A DNA stretch of 32,000 nt from Synechococcus elongatus PCC 6301 (GCF_000010065.1 NC_006576.1:1440001-1472000), one strand, 5' to 3'. Shown: positions 6,898-17,127, counted from the stretch's first letter. Numbers and translations are program-made. Notes: generated by a model not told the origin, from the letters alone.

Positions 6898-7772
6898 GGC
6901 TCTGGAGAGGCAGCGCCTTCATCTTCCGGCAGTGGCACTTCGAGGGCAAGTTGATAGAGCCGCCGCTTAGGAGTACCGGTTTGAGCCGCGAGCGTCCGAC
7001 TGGCTTCAGAGCGGGAGACGCCCGCCGCCAACAGTGTTGCTAACTCTTGCCGGAGTGTGTCTTCGCTGAGCGCTTGGGTTTGCACCACTGCACCAGCCAC
7101 GACCAACGTAAATTCTCCTTGGGGTTCCCGCCGCGTAAATTCCGCGATCGCTTCGGTCACACTGCCGCGCCAAAACTCCTCGTGTAGCTTGGTGAGTTCG
7201 CGGGCTAAGACGATCGCGCGATCGCCCCCAAAAACCGCTGCGAGGTCTTCCAGTGTGTCGCGTAGGCGATGGGGCGACTCATAGAAGATCAGCGTTCGGG
7301 CTTCCTGATGGAGCGATTGCAAAACATCGCGTCGTGCCTTGCGTTTAGCCGGCAAAAAGCCTTCAAAGGCAAAGCGATCACTCGACAGTCCCGAAGCACA
7401 GAGGGCTGCGATCACCGCACTGGGGCCAGCGATCGGCACCACCGTTAAGCCTGCGGCGATCGCGGCTTGCACCAATTCCTGCCCCGGATCGGCGATCGCG
7501 GGCATGCCGGCATCACTGACCAAGGCGATGCTCTGACCCGCTTGCAGACGGGCAATCAGCTCTGGTCCGCGCTGCTGACGATTGTGCTCGTGGTAGCTCA
7601 CCTGGGGGCGATCGATACCCAAAGCTTGTAACAATCGCCCCGTACGCCGCGTATCTTCAGCTGCGATCGCATCTACCCCGCGCAAAATTTTGACGGCGCG
7701 ATAGCTGATGTCCTCGAGGTTGCCGAGCGGCGTGCCGACGAGGTAGAGCGTACTAGGACAAGGCTCGGTCAC
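6894..7772 (-). CDS. rsmI: 16S rRNA (cytidine1402-2'-O)-methyltransferase
   Basis: LYLVGTPLGNLEDISYRAVKIL...AAEDTR and the tetrapyrrole-methylase-like fold are typical of RsmI. The ORF is open to TTG 7841, which would overlap the divergent gene. GVT-type start GTG at 7772 lies 8 codons before LYLVGTP and is preferred. Confidence 0.9.
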   Translation of the reverse strand: MTEPCPSTLYLVGTPLGNLEDISYRAVKILRGVDAIAAEDTRRTGRLLQALGIDRPQVSYHEHNRQQRGPELIARLQAGQSIALVSDAGMPAIADPGQELVQAAIAAGLTVVPIAGPSAVIAALCASGLSSDRFAFEGFLPAKRKARRDVLQSLHQEARTLIFYESPHRLRDTLEDLAAVFGGDRAIVLARELTKLHEEFWRGSVTEAIAEFTRREPQGEFTLVVAGAVVQTQALSEDTLRQELATLLAAGVSRSEASRTLAAQTGTPKRRLYQLALEVPLPEDEGAASPEP

Positions 7773-7811
7773 AGTGCAGGGGTAGAATCTCCATGCCGAG
7801 TCTAGAGTGCT

Positions 7812-8681
7812 ATGTCCCCTCTCCAGTCGATCGCCGGTCAACCCGTCGAGTCAGTTCTCGCGATCGCCCGTCAAGTCGGCTGGGAAGCGGCAGACATTGC
7901 ACTGCAGTTCTACACCGCTCAGTCTGAAGCAGCACCGAAGCTGTGGCAGGAGGGGGATGACCCCGTCACGGCAGCGGATTTGGCAATTCATCGCCACGTT
8001 CTGGAACGGCTACAAACCGCTTTTGCCGATCAGCCCTTCGGCTACCTCAGCGAAGAGAGCGATCGCACCGCGCTGACTTTGCCACTGCCGGAAGAGTGGG
8101 TTTGGATCATCGACCCCTTGGATGGCACCCGCGATTTCATCGATCACACCGGCGAATTTGCGGTGCAGATTGCCCTGACCTACCAACAGCGCCCGGTCTT
8201 GGCGGTCGTCGCAATACCCGCTCAGCAGTTGCTTTATTGGGCGGTACAAGGCCAGGGCTGCTACCGCGAAACGCAAGACGGCACTCAGACGAAATTGACG
8301 GTTTCCGATCGCCAAGAGGATCTGATTCTGGTTGCCAGCCGAACCCATCGGGGCGATCGCTTCCAGCAATTGCTCGATCGCCTTTCTTTGCCGCAGCAGA
8401 TTTATGTGGGCAGTGTCGGCGTCAAAATTGTCGCGATCGCAGAACAACGCGCCGATGTTTACCTCTCTCTCTCGGGTAAATCAGCCCCGAAAGATTGGGA
8501 CATGGCCGCCCCCGAGCTACTCCTGCTCGAAGCCGGTGGGCGCTTCAGCCATGCCGATGGTTCTGCTCTTCGCTACAACACCGGCGATATCAGCCAGTGG
8601 GGTTGCTTGATTGCCAGCAACGGTCCCGCCCACGATCGCCTCTGTCAAGAAGCCACCGCACTCCTTGCCAGCTTGGACTAG
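7812..8681 (+). CDS. inositol monophosphatase family protein, CysQ-like 3'(2'),5'-bisphosphate nucleotidase
   Basis: 289 aa with the WIIDPLDGTRDF metal-binding motif. The C-terminal half fits the IMPase/CysQ fold. Confidence 0.85.
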   Translation: MSPLQSIAGQPVESVLAIARQVGWEAADIALQFYTAQSEAAPKLWQEGDDPVTAADLAIHRHVLERLQTAFADQPFGYLSEESDRTALTLPLPEEWVWIIDPLDGTRDFIDHTGEFAVQIALTYQQRPVLAVVAIPAQQLLYWAVQGQGCYRETQDGTQTKLTVSDRQEDLILVASRTHRGDRFQQLLDRLSLPQQIYVGSVGVKIVAIAEQRADVYLSLSGKSAPKDWDMAAPELLLLEAGGRFSHADGSALRYNTGDISQWGCLIASNGPAHDRLCQEATALLASLD

Positions 8682-8971
8682 GCCAAATCAGGAGCTTGAG
8701 TCGCCAGGTTTTCAGAACGCCGCTTCTCAATAATCTGGAAGAAGATTTGCCGAGCGGCTGCCATCTCCTCATCAGCCAGTTCCGCGAGGAAATTATTGAT
8801 AGCTCGGCGATCGCTCGGATCCTCCTGCTCGCTGCGCGTCAACAAAAAGAGCCAAATAATGTGCCGACCCCAGAGTTCTTCTGTTGGCGTGGCCAGAAGA
8901 CGCGCATCCAGCTCTTCCGCATACTTAGCGGCAATCCAAGCCAGTAGTGCGGGAATGCGATCGCGCTTCAT
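8678..8971 (-). CDS. hypothetical protein (97 aa), translationally coupled to the cysteine synthase-like gene
   Basis: ATG 8971 overlaps the upstream TGA (ATGA at 8968-8971). The ORF-track start at 9013 lies inside the upstream gene. I recognised no family. Confidence 0.55.
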   Translation of the reverse strand: MKRDRIPALLAWIAAKYAEELDARLLATPTEELWGRHIIWLFLLTRSEQEDPSDRRAINNFLAELADEEMAAARQIFFQIIEKRRSENLATQAPDLA

Positions 8972-9954
8972 GTTGTCACCTGCGGCATTTGCAGCCCTTT
9001 TGAGGCCAGCCACTCGGCGTTGAAGAGTCGCGATTGATAGCGGGCACCGCCATCACAAAGTACCGTCACGATCGTGTGGCCCGGCCCCATTTCCTTGGCG
9101 AGGCGATAGGCCGCCGCGACATTGATCCCCACGGAGCCGCCCATGAAGAGGCCATCGCGGTGCAGCAGTTGATAGATGATCTCCAGGGCTTCAGGGTCAG
9201 CAATCTGAATCGCATCGTCGATCGGTACATCTTGCATGTTGGCCGTAATCCGGCTGTTGCCGATGCCTTCGGTGACTGAGCTACCTTCGAGATGAATTTC
9301 GCCGGTTTTGACCCAGCTGTAGAGGCCGCTGCCCATCGGGTCAGCCACAACGCAGCGCACCTTAGAACTTTGCTCTTTCAGGTAGAGTGCAACACCCGCA
9401 TAGGTTCCACCGGTACCCGTTGCCGCCACCCACGCATCAACAGTTCCTTCGGTCTGCTGCCAAATTTCGGGGCCAGTTGTCGCGTAGTGGGCTTGGCGGT
9501 TGGCTAAATTGTCGAATTGGTTCGCCCAAATAGCATTGTCCAGTTCTTCTGCGAGGCGCCCCGAGACTTTGACGTAGTTGTTGGGATCGCGATAGGGCAC
9601 TGCAGGGACAGTTCGCACTTCCGCGCCCAGTGTTCGTAGTAGGTCAATCTTTTCCTGCGATTGCGTCTCAGGAATCACAATCAGGCAGCGGTAGCCCTTG
9701 GCATTGCAGATATGTGCTAGACCGATGCCCGTATTGCCCGCCGTTCCTTCAACAACCGTCCCGCCCGGCCGTAATTTACCCTGCCGCTCGGCGTCTTCAA
9801 TGATGAACAGCGCCGCCCGATCCTTGACCGATCCACCCGGGTTGAGGAACTCGGCTTTGCCGAGAATGTTACAGCCAGTCGCCTCGCTCAGGCTGTTGAG
9901 GCGAATCAGCGGCGTATTCCCGATGGTGTCGATAAAGCCGTTGCGGATATCCAT
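8968..9954 (-). CDS. PLP-dependent cysteine synthase / cystathionine beta-synthase family enzyme (CysK/CysM-like)
   Basis: GNTPLIRLN, then NPGGSVKDRAAL (PLP lysine) and GTAGNTGIGLA. The start is taken at ATG 9954 (MDIRNGFIDTIGNTPL). The upstream 60 codons of the ORF run across an intrinsic terminator. Confidence 0.85.
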   Translation of the reverse strand: MDIRNGFIDTIGNTPLIRLNSLSEATGCNILGKAEFLNPGGSVKDRAALFIIEDAERQGKLRPGGTVVEGTAGNTGIGLAHICNAKGYRCLIVIPETQSQEKIDLLRTLGAEVRTVPAVPYRDPNNYVKVSGRLAEELDNAIWANQFDNLANRQAHYATTGPEIWQQTEGTVDAWVAATGTGGTYAGVALYLKEQSSKVRCVVADPMGSGLYSWVKTGEIHLEGSSVTEGIGNSRITANMQDVPIDDAIQIADPEALEIIYQLLHRDGLFMGGSVGINVAAAYRLAKEMGPGHTIVTVLCDGGARYQSRLFNAEWLASKGLQMPQVTT

Positions 9955-10015
9955 GCGTTTTTCGGTTGGGCAGCCGGGTTTGATCCTACCAACTTGCTTT
10001 GGTTCTCTCACCCTC

Positions 10016-10042
10016 AATAAAAAAGCCCCAACGAGGGGGCTT
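10016..10042 (-). terminator. intrinsic terminator of the upstream small gene
   Basis: On the minus strand: stem AAGCCCC, loop CTCGTT, stem GGGGCTT (10023-10042), followed by TTTTATT. Confidence 0.7.
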
Positions 10043-10130
10043 GGTCTCCTGTCACGATTAGCGAAGTGGATATCTCGCGCCGCCATTGTCTGGAGTTTTG
10101 GGGGATCGATCAGCAAATTTAAGGAACTCT

Positions 10131-10385
10131 TCAATCTTGTCGAGGGCGATCGCCCGAATCTTCCAGCAAAAGTTTTCGAAACTCAACATAGTCGTTGGCC
10201 GGCAGAGCTTCTGTCTGGGTCTTGCTCTTCCCTGTTGTCTGCGGCTTGATCCGCTTCCGACCTTGGAGCAGGTCATCAAACTCCTGCCGTAGTGAAACTT
10301 CAGCTTCTTTGGGGGGCTCTGGTGCAGGAGCCTGCATCTGCTGCTTCAGTTTCTGCAGTTTGGCGCGATCGCGATCGTTCAGCAT
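10131..10385 (-). CDS. hypothetical small charged protein (84 aa)
   Basis: ATG 10385 (MLNDRDRAKLQKLKQQ...). Followed by a canonical terminator. The start is uncertain because the ORF is open to 10448. Confidence 0.5.
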   Translation of the reverse strand: MLNDRDRAKLQKLKQQMQAPAPEPPKEAEVSLRQEFDDLLQGRKRIKPQTTGKSKTQTEALPANDYVEFRKLLLEDSGDRPRQD

Positions 10386-10451
10386 CTGAGTCTTCCAGAG
10401 CGGTTCTGTTTTGAGTGTAGAGAAGGGACAGCAGCCCGCGATCGCCACGCT

Positions 10452-10493
10452 CTACAAACAAGAAAGTGTTGGAGGCCAATCAACCCCCAACAC
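10452..10493 (-). terminator. probable glnN terminator
   Basis: 7-bp stem GTGTTGG/CCAACAC (10466-10472 and 10487-10493), followed on the minus strand by the T-rich run TTTCTTGTTTG. Confidence 0.55.
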
Positions 10494-10535
10494 TGAATTC
10501 GGCTCACAGACTGAGTCCTTAGCCCGTCGCCACCC

Positions 10536-12707
10536 CTATTTGATGAACAGCATCTCTTGGTAGGTCGGCAGCGGCCAGAAGCTATCCGCCACTTCAGCCT
10601 CAAGGGCATCTGCGTAGGTGCGAACGTTATCCATCAACGGACGGAGCGTTTTAGCGCAGTACTGCAGATGCTCAACCGTGTCAGAGGATTCATGCTCCAA
10701 GGCTTCACTGAGCTGGGTCGCCGCACCCACCAACGAACTCGTCAGTTCAGCAATTTTTCTGGCGCTTTCCTTCTCGAAATCGATGCCCAAGCCACTGAGG
10801 CTGGCGATGGTTCCCGACAGCTTCGCTAGGTATTCCACTGCCGCTGGATAGATAATCGTTTTGGCAATACTGACGGCGAGCTTCGCTTCCACCTCAATCG
10901 AGAGGATGTATTGCTCGGCGTAGACCTCGAAGCGGCTTTCCAGTTCAACGGGCGTAAGCACACCGGTTTTCTTGAACAGATCCTCGATGTACTCCTCTTT
11001 GAGCACCGGCAGAGCATCAGCCGTTGTCGGCAAGTTAGCCAAGCCCCGTTTCTCGACTGCTTCGCGGTGCCATTCCTCGGAATAACCATTGCCACCGAAG
11101 ATCACGTTGCCGTGTTCTTCCATCACCTCTTTGAGGACAGTGAGGATGGCCGTGTTCAGATCCAAACCTTTGGCGAGTTCGCTCTCGAGCCGATTGCCTA
11201 TCCAGTCGAGCGAGTCCGCCAAGATCGTATTCAAGACGATCAACGGCCCTGAAACCGATTGGCTAGCACCGACAGCACGGAACTCAAAGCGATTGCCCGT
11301 AAAGGCGAAGGGTGAGGTCCGGTTGCGATCGCCTGCATCTTTGGTCAGGTAGGGCAGAACATCTACGCCCAAATCCATGATCCCTTTCTGCTTAGATTCG
11401 GTGACGGTGCCAGTTTTGATCTGCTCAAACACCTCTTCCAGCTGCGTGCCCAAGTAGACCGACATGATCGCCGGCGGAGCTTCGTTCGCACCCAAGCGGT
11501 GATCGTTGCTGGCCGTTGCGATCGCGGCTCGCATCAGCGGCCCATATTTGTGGACACCGCGAATCACAGCGCCACAGAAGACCAAGAACTGAGCATTATC
11601 GTGGGGCGAGTCACCCGGATCGAGTAGGTTGCCTTGGGTTGCGTTGCCAACTGACCAGTTGACGTGTTTGCCCGAGCCATTGATGCCTGCGAAAGGTTTT
11701 TCGTGCAGCAGGCACATAAAACCATGTTTCTTGGCTGTCTGTTTGAGCACCGTCATGATCAGCTGCTGGTGATCGCTAGCCACGTTGGCGGCTTCAAAGA
11801 ACGGCGCAATTTCAAACTGACCTGGAGCCACCTCGTTGTGGCGGGTTTTCGCAGGGATGCCAAGTTTATACAGGGTCTCCTCCACGTCTTGCATGAAGAC
11901 CTGCACCCGCTCGGGGATAGCCCCAAAGTAGTGGTCATCAAATTCCTGGCCTTTGGCCGAGGGACGGCCAAACAGGGTGCGACCGGCAAGGAGCAAATCA
12001 GGACGCTGGGCGGCAAAGTTGGCATCGACCAAGAAATACTCTTGTTCAGCACCACAGCTGGAGTTGACCTGAGAGACTTCAGTGTTGCCCAGTAGGGTCA
12101 AAACCTTACGCGCAGCTTTGTCCATGGCTGCGATCGATCGCAGCAGCGGCACTTTCTTATCAAGGGCTTCACCAGTCCAGGAGACAAAAACGGTCGGGAT
12201 GCAGAGCGTGGAACCATTGTCGGTTTCCATGATGTAGGCCGGGCTGGTCACGTCCCAGCCGGTGTAGCCCCGCGCTTCAAAGGTGTCGCGAATACCACCA
12301 TTGGGGAAGGAGGAGCCGTCCGGTTCCCCTTGTACCAGCACCTTGCCCGAGAACTCAGAAATGACCTTGCCATCGCCCTGAACCGAGATAAAGCCATCGT
12401 GCTTCTCGGCGGTAACGTTGGTCATGGGATAGAAGACGTGGGCGTAGTAGAGCGCCCCTTTCGACATCGCCCAGTCTTTCATGGCTGTGGCAACTGCATC
12501 AGCCACCGATGGATCGAGCTTTTGCCCCGTAACAATGGTGTTCTTGATCGACTTGAAGACAGCTTTAGGGAGCCTTGCCTGCATCTTGCTGAGGTCAAAG
12601 ACGTTCTCTGCCCAGATCGCTTCAAGGGACATCGGAGGCTTAGAAGGTAGCGGCTCCCGATTGGTGATCTGGTGGACAGCGTTAACCCGGGCTGCGTTGC
12701 CGCTCAT
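10536..12707 (-). CDS. glnN: type III glutamine synthetase
   Basis: About 723 aa. Full-length similarity to GSIII by recognition ([26 protein letters not shown]..., [18 protein letters not shown]). ATG 12707 is preferred over the TTG at 12719 used by the ORF track. Confidence 0.95.
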   Translation of the reverse strand: MSGNAARVNAVHQITNREPLPSKPPMSLEAIWAENVFDLSKMQARLPKAVFKSIKNTIVTGQKLDPSVADAVATAMKDWAMSKGALYYAHVFYPMTNVTAEKHDGFISVQGDGKVISEFSGKVLVQGEPDGSSFPNGGIRDTFEARGYTGWDVTSPAYIMETDNGSTLCIPTVFVSWTGEALDKKVPLLRSIAAMDKAARKVLTLLGNTEVSQVNSSCGAEQEYFLVDANFAAQRPDLLLAGRTLFGRPSAKGQEFDDHYFGAIPERVQVFMQDVEETLYKLGIPAKTRHNEVAPGQFEIAPFFEAANVASDHQQLIMTVLKQTAKKHGFMCLLHEKPFAGINGSGKHVNWSVGNATQGNLLDPGDSPHDNAQFLVFCGAVIRGVHKYGPLMRAAIATASNDHRLGANEAPPAIMSVYLGTQLEEVFEQIKTGTVTESKQKGIMDLGVDVLPYLTKDAGDRNRTSPFAFTGNRFEFRAVGASQSVSGPLIVLNTILADSLDWIGNRLESELAKGLDLNTAILTVLKEVMEEHGNVIFGGNGYSEEWHREAVEKRGLANLPTTADALPVLKEEYIEDLFKKTGVLTPVELESRFEVYAEQYILSIEVEAKLAVSIAKTIIYPAAVEYLAKLSGTIASLSGLGIDFEKESARKIAELTSSLVGAATQLSEALEHESSDTVEHLQYCAKTLRPLMDNVRTYADALEAEVADSFWPLPTYQEMLFIK

Positions 12708-13134
12708 GGACTTTCCCAAAAAAGCTAGTCAATTGATCGTACTCAATGGTGACCAGCTCGATCGCTAGAAAAGATACAGAACCAAGGGCCAGATTTTGAT
12801 GAAAAGCCTAAGTTATCGCCTCCTTGCGATCGCACCAAGAATCCTTTGAACCCTAGATTTGAAGCCGACAGTGACAAGGATGGGTTGCAATCAGTCGCAA
12901 GAATTTAAATTCCTTTTGAAGAGAAAATTAGAGGTCATCATCAGCCTTGATTTATAGGGTTTTTAATTACTTATTTTCAGTTCTCAAAAGACTGGAAAAT
13001 GCCAGCACCCTATGAAGGATGCAGAGTCTGCGATCGCAATTGTAATCAGCCAAGCTGGTCAAAGGGCAGATTCAGTCCCTCCCCCAACCAGCAATGGGCT
13101 GTAACTGGGAGACTCTGCTCTGAACTGTCATTGT

Positions 13135-13818
13135 CTAGATGCCACTGGGCGGGGGCGGAGCCTGCAAAATCTGGTCGGTGACAATATTGACAGCTGCATT
13201 ACCAGCTACAGCAGGCTGGCCAACCCGCCGCGAAATTAGCTGGCGAACGCCGCGTTCGCGGAAGTAGACCACTGGATCAGAGCCAAAGGCATCAATTTGG
13301 GCAACCACAAGACGCCCACCCGCCAAGGTTGAGCCAACGCGGACTTGCTGGGAGCCGCCGATGCTGCCAGGGACTTCGACAATTGCAAAGGGCTGACCTG
13401 CCGCAACGAGAACACCAGTAACAGCAATTTGTTCAGCAAACGGGACAGGAGGCAGGGGAATGCCGGCCGGTCCGGTCGAACCACCGCCAGCGCTACCACC
13501 GGGGCCTGAGGTACCGCCGCCTGCGGGCGTGGCGGGTTTGGGAGGCGGCGGTAACTGAACAACTGCAGCAGTTTGCAAGTTTCCAAACGGATCAGTTCGA
13601 CCCGTCACCACTGTTTGCAGACGCTGTTGCGGGGTAATGGCCGGTTGCAATCCGGGGGGTGGCGCTGCAGGCGTGGTGGACACTGGCGGTAAGGCCGGTG
13701 GAGGGACTGGGGGCGCTGGGGGTGTCACAGCGGTGTCGTTGTTTTGACTGCCGCCACAAGCGACCAACAGCAGGGGCAAACTGGCGATCGCCCAACCCTG
13801 TACGCTTCGAAAGTTCAT
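13135..13818 (-). CDS. proline-rich lipoprotein (possible PilP-like C-terminal beta domain)
   Basis: ATG 13818 has GGAG 8 nt upstream. Signal peptide with lipobox LLLVAC-GG. A long P/A/G-rich linker precedes a C-terminal GVLVAAGQPFAIVEVPG...VRVGSTLAGGRLVVAQI segment. Confidence 0.7.
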   Translation of the reverse strand: MNFRSVQGWAIASLPLLLVACGGSQNNDTAVTPPAPPVPPPALPPVSTTPAAPPPGLQPAITPQQRLQTVVTGRTDPFGNLQTAAVVQLPPPPKPATPAGGGTSGPGGSAGGGSTGPAGIPLPPVPFAEQIAVTGVLVAAGQPFAIVEVPGSIGGSQQVRVGSTLAGGRLVVAQIDAFGSDPVVYFRERGVRQLISRRVGQPAVAGNAAVNIVTDQILQAPPPPSGI

Positions 13819-13942
13819 CGTGCTCACTCCCTGTTGGAACGGTCTGCGATCGCCCCAGACTCTCTTACTGCTTTATACAAGCTGAAATGCACACTGGCGA
13901 CAAGTTCCAGCCCAAGGAAAGCGTAGGATAACTGCAAACGTT

Positions 13943-14188
13943 TTGCCCCTCAAGCCTGTGCCCAAGGACACCCACGAGCTGCGATTTGAGCTGCACCATC
14001 AGTTGGTGACCCTCTATCGCGACTTTTTCGATCGTCTGGTTGAGGCCGATCTCCGCGATGGCGATGCTGCTCGACTCGCACAGCGAATCCTACTCTCACG
14101 GCAGGAAGCGCTGAAACAACTCGTTGACCCGGAAGAACTGCCTGCCTACGCGCAGCTTTATCCCGATGATCTAGAAGAAGAGGCCTAG
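13943..14188 (+). CDS. hypothetical acidic protein (81 aa)
   Basis: TTG start (GVT alternative: GTG at 13958). Followed by a hairpin terminator. No family recognised. Confidence 0.45.
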   Translation: MPLKPVPKDTHELRFELHHQLVTLYRDFFDRLVEADLRDGDAARLAQRILLSRQEALKQLVDPEELPAYAQLYPDDLEEEA

Positions 14189-14241
14189 AGGCCAGCTTCA
14201 GCAGGATATTGATGCTCGCAACGCTCAGCAGTTAAGGCAAC

Positions 14242-14272
14242 AAAAAAGAGCCGCTCTCTGAGCGACTCTTTA
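14242..14272. terminator. bidirectional hairpin terminator (tRNA-fMet on the minus strand, small ORF on the plus strand)
   Basis: AGAGCCGCTC-TCT-GAGCGACTCT with 9/10 pairs (14247-14269). Flanked by an A6 run upstream, which reads as T6 after the stem on the minus strand, and by TTTAGTT downstream. Confidence 0.6.
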
Positions 14273-14274
14273 GT

Positions 14275-14351
<77 letters not shown>

Positions 14352-14446
14352 CCAGCCAGATTTCTACTATGTCAGAGTTTTCAACCGCTGTCAATCCCTA
14401 AAACCCTACCGATTATTCCAAGTGGGTATCGAACCTTAGCGCTGGC

Positions 14447-15400
14447 TCACAGTAAGGTCAGTTCCCCGTCGACTTCAAGGCGTTTACAAGGGGCAATGAC
14501 CATGAACTGCTCTGCTAAAAGATCCGCGATTGCTGGGCTAATCCAACCGATCTGCCGCAGCGCTTGAATGGCGACTGCAATTTTGGCTCGCTTGGCACCA
14601 TCCTGAACCTTGATCGCCAAGCCCAAGCCTTCACCAACCTGCCCGATGCACTGCACGCCTTCGGCGCCGGTTTTGCTCACCAGGCGGCCCTCCGTCAGGC
14701 GCATCAGTTCCGTATCAAATTCACCCTCTCCGGCAATCAAATCGGGGTGATAGGTCATGGCCCGCTGAATTCGCTCCAGCTCAGGGCTATCACCAGAACT
14801 GAGATGGGCGTAGAGGGTCGCCATCTGCTGCAGCTCCATGGAGACCGTAGGAACCCCGCAGTCATCTCGAGCCACGATGAACTCAGCGGCTGGAATGCCC
14901 AGCAAATCACCCACAATCGAGAGGATGGCTTGCTGCACCGGGTGCGATCGCCGCATGTAGCCTTCTAGCGGCCAGTTCTGCTGCTTAGAAGCTGCCAGCA
15001 TGCCCGCATGCTTGCCTGAGCAGTTGTACTCCAGGGGGCTGCGGCGCCCCACAGGCGTTGGACATTGCAGCGCCGTTTGATCAATATCTGCTTTCCAGAG
15101 GATGTTGAAAGCCTGCCGTGCTTGCTCCACCGAGCCTTTATGCGAGCTGCAAATAATTGCTAGGTCGCGATCGCTCAGCCCAAAGCGCTCCATCGTGCCG
15201 GTCTTGAGCACAACCAAGGCCTGCAGGGGTTTGAGCGCCGAGCGGATGAAGCTGCTGTGTTCGGGATTGCCGGCAATAAACAGGGTGCGGCCCCGGCGAT
15301 CGCAGACGACGGCCTCAACCAAATGGGAGGATTCCAAAATGCCTTCGCGTAGCAGCCGCACCGCGATCGGGGCGGTTTGTACCCGTTTGGTTAAACTCAC
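14447..15400 (-). CDS. asparaginase II family protein (thermolabile L-asparaginase-like)
   Basis: REGILESSHLVEAVVCD...IRSALKPLQAL...CSGKHAGMLA motifs. GTG 15400 overlaps the upstream stop (GTGA at 15397-15400). The ORF-track start at 15457 lies inside the upstream gene. Confidence 0.8.
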   Translation of the reverse strand: MSLTKRVQTAPIAVRLLREGILESSHLVEAVVCDRRGRTLFIAGNPEHSSFIRSALKPLQALVVLKTGTMERFGLSDRDLAIICSSHKGSVEQARQAFNILWKADIDQTALQCPTPVGRRSPLEYNCSGKHAGMLAASKQQNWPLEGYMRRSHPVQQAILSIVGDLLGIPAAEFIVARDDCGVPTVSMELQQMATLYAHLSSGDSPELERIQRAMTYHPDLIAGEGEFDTELMRLTEGRLVSKTGAEGVQCIGQVGEGLGLAIKVQDGAKRAKIAVAIQALRQIGWISPAIADLLAEQFMVIAPCKRLEVDGELTLL

Positions 15401-15897
15401 AATCCTGCCCTCAACAGCACAATTAGCAAGGCACTGGCCCCAATAAACGCCACACAACTGCCAATCGACTGTCTGAGTCGATCGAGCAGCGGCTGAACCT
15501 CATAGCTGGCCAGCAGGCGATCGCGAGCCAACACTTCCGTGGGTTTCTGCCAAAACTGGCCGTCGTACCAGCCCGACTCTTCGTAGGGCACACTCTCCGC
15601 CGCGAGGCGATCGCGCACATGCCGCCATCCACTGTAGAGCTGAATTTGGGCAAACAGAACCGGCAGTGCCGCGCCGGCGGCCGCGCTCACAATAAACTCC
15701 ACACCAGCCCGCGATGGCCGAAAGCTCGCAGCCGCCACAGGGGCAGCAATCAGCCAGCTCAAGCCCCAGATCCAAAGCAGGGGACGATAGTAGCCCAAAC
15801 CCGGCCGACAGACCCAGCTAAAAAACCAGGAGTCCTGCAGAGTTTGATATTCATTCAAGGGCTGCTGTTCTTCGGGAACAGGACAAACGGATCGCAT
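15397..15897 (-). CDS. Ycf36/CGLD27 (DUF1230) family membrane protein
   Basis: ATG 15897 gives MRSVCPVPEEQQPLNEYQTLQDSWFFSW, the characteristic N-terminus, followed by two TM segments. Confidence 0.75.
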   Translation of the reverse strand: MRSVCPVPEEQQPLNEYQTLQDSWFFSWVCRPGLGYYRPLLWIWGLSWLIAAPVAAASFRPSRAGVEFIVSAAAGAALPVLFAQIQLYSGWRHVRDRLAAESVPYEESGWYDGQFWQKPTEVLARDRLLASYEVQPLLDRLRQSIGSCVAFIGASALLIVLLRAGL

Positions 15898-15915
15898 CGT
15901 TATGCCCAAGTTTGC

Positions 15916-16335
15916 TTACAGATTCGACGATGACAGGTCGGGAGGGGCCGGTGGCTCGAAGGGCAGCCGCTCCGCATGTCCCCAAAAAGCTTCGAGATCG
16001 TAGAATTCGCGTTCTTGGGGCAGGAAGATATGGACGATCAGATCACCGTAGTCCAGCAGTACCCAACGACCTTCAGCCATCCCTTCGCTACGCAGCGGCA
16101 AACGCTGAAAGTCTTCGCTGAGTTTTTCTTCAATCGATCGCGCGATCGCACGAACTTGCGTGATTGAAAAGCCGCTGCAAATCAGGAAATAATCCGCGAG
16201 ATAGGCCACCTCAGAGACCCGCAGAATCGCGATATCTCCTGCCTTGCGATCGTCTGCTGCCGTTGCTGCTGCCAAGGTCAAAGCCAAGGCCGAATCATCA
16301 ATGAGCGTAGGCAAAGACGGAGAAGCCAAGGTCAT
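15916..16335 (-). CDS. rsfS: ribosome silencing factor (iojap family)
   Basis: 139 aa with [16 protein letters not shown] and [22 protein letters not shown] motifs. Confidence 0.9.
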   Translation of the reverse strand: MTLASPSLPTLIDDSALALTLAAATAADDRKAGDIAILRVSEVAYLADYFLICSGFSITQVRAIARSIEEKLSEDFQRLPLRSEGMAEGRWVLLDYGDLIVHIFLPQEREFYDLEAFWGHAERLPFEPPAPPDLSSSNL

Positions 16336-16372
16336 GCGATCGCGGTGAAACCGCTGAGGATAGAATTTAGGC

Positions 16373-17122
16373 CTATTCTAGCCCAGCCCTTTTGTTGCCC
16401 TCAGGGCGGCTGCAGCGCCAAATCTTTTGGGTATCGGCATTGCCGAAATAGAGACAGTCAATCGCCGTAAACCCAGCGGCCCGCGCCCAAGCCTGCATCT
16501 CAGCGTCAGTCTCAGGAAAATCACTCTGGCGAATGTGGGTGTTGATAAACTCCTGCTCAGTCGCCGTCATGGCAGACCATTGGCCTTGCATGAGTTGCTG
16601 GTAGCGATCAAGGTACTGGCCTCGACTTTCATTGGGAAGCCGAAAGACATCTGCAAGCAATAGTTGGCCGCCAGGCTGCAGACATTGCCCAGCGGCTTGC
16701 CAAAAGGCTTGTTTCTGTTTCGCGCTGAGGTGGTGAACCGCGAAGGCGACCAAGATTTGGTCGAAGCGATCACGACAGGATTGCAGATAGTCCAGCAATT
16801 CACTCACCTGCAGCAACACCGGCACCTGGAGCCGGCTGACCTGGGCTTCAGCCAGTTGGAGCGCGACTGCGGAAAGATCGACCCCGCGATAGCTACGAAT
16901 CAAACTGCCTTGCAGCGCAGGCACCGATTGACTGGCATCGCCACAACCCAGTTCCAATAGATCAAAGGGTTCTGTCAGGCTTTGATAGTGCGATCGCAGG
17001 ATGCCGTAAACCTGCTGGTGATCCATGTAGTCGTACTGCAAGATCTTGTCGTAAACCTGCCAGCCCTGACTAAACGTTATTTGGACCGCCGCAAACGAGG
17101 GTTCTGGTTGCATCTCGCTCAT
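16373..17122 (-). CDS. class I SAM-dependent methyltransferase
   Basis: Motif [14 protein letters not shown] 17122 lies 5 nt after the upstream gene's stop at 17128 (ATG 17113 is an alternative). Confidence 0.75.
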   Translation of the reverse strand: MSEMQPEPSFAAVQITFSQGWQVYDKILQYDYMDHQQVYGILRSHYQSLTEPFDLLELGCGDASQSVPALQGSLIRSYRGVDLSAVALQLAEAQVSRLQVPVLLQVSELLDYLQSCRDRFDQILVAFAVHHLSAKQKQAFWQAAGQCLQPGGQLLLADVFRLPNESRGQYLDRYQQLMQGQWSAMTATEQEFINTHIRQSDFPETDAEMQAWARAAGFTAIDCLYFGNADTQKIWRCSRPEGNKRAGLE

Positions 17123-17127
17123 CCGCT

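Noticed and set aside
7773-7841. An upstream TTG-initiated extension of rsmI that overlaps the divergent CysQ-like gene by 30 nt.
   Set aside because: RsmI proteins begin only a few residues before LYLVGTP. GTG 7772 gives that spacing and removes the head-to-head overlap.
8678-8971. The idea that the 97-aa protein coupled to the cysteine synthase-like gene is a CysO/ThiS-type sulfur carrier for the JAMM/E1 pair.
   Set aside because: It ends in ...APDLA with no C-terminal Gly-Gly, and the sequence looks helical rather than beta-grasp.
12728-12752. NtcA-box-like sequences upstream of glnN: GTC-N9-TAC at 12728-12742 and GTA-N8-TGA at 12739-12752.
   Set aside because: Neither fits GTA-N8-TAC, and both lie within ~45 nt of the start codon. 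That is too close for a -41.5 activator site. I found no canonical site in 12708-13134.
10557-12768. Many long ORFs (up to 143 aa) antisense to or out of frame with glnN. Similar ones lie inside pgm, mraY, era and cysK.
   Set aside because: These are typical shadow ORFs of a GC-rich, stop-poor coding region. Their translations are Arg/Ala/Pro/Ser-rich with no motifs, and each sits wholly within a well-supported gene.
14395-14446. A GGTTCGATACC-like, T-arm-looking motif (minus strand) next to the tRNA-fMet gene. It could be a tRNA remnant or att site.
   Set aside because: The flanking bases do not form a T-stem or any cloverleaf, and there is no similarity to the adjacent tRNA's 3' half.
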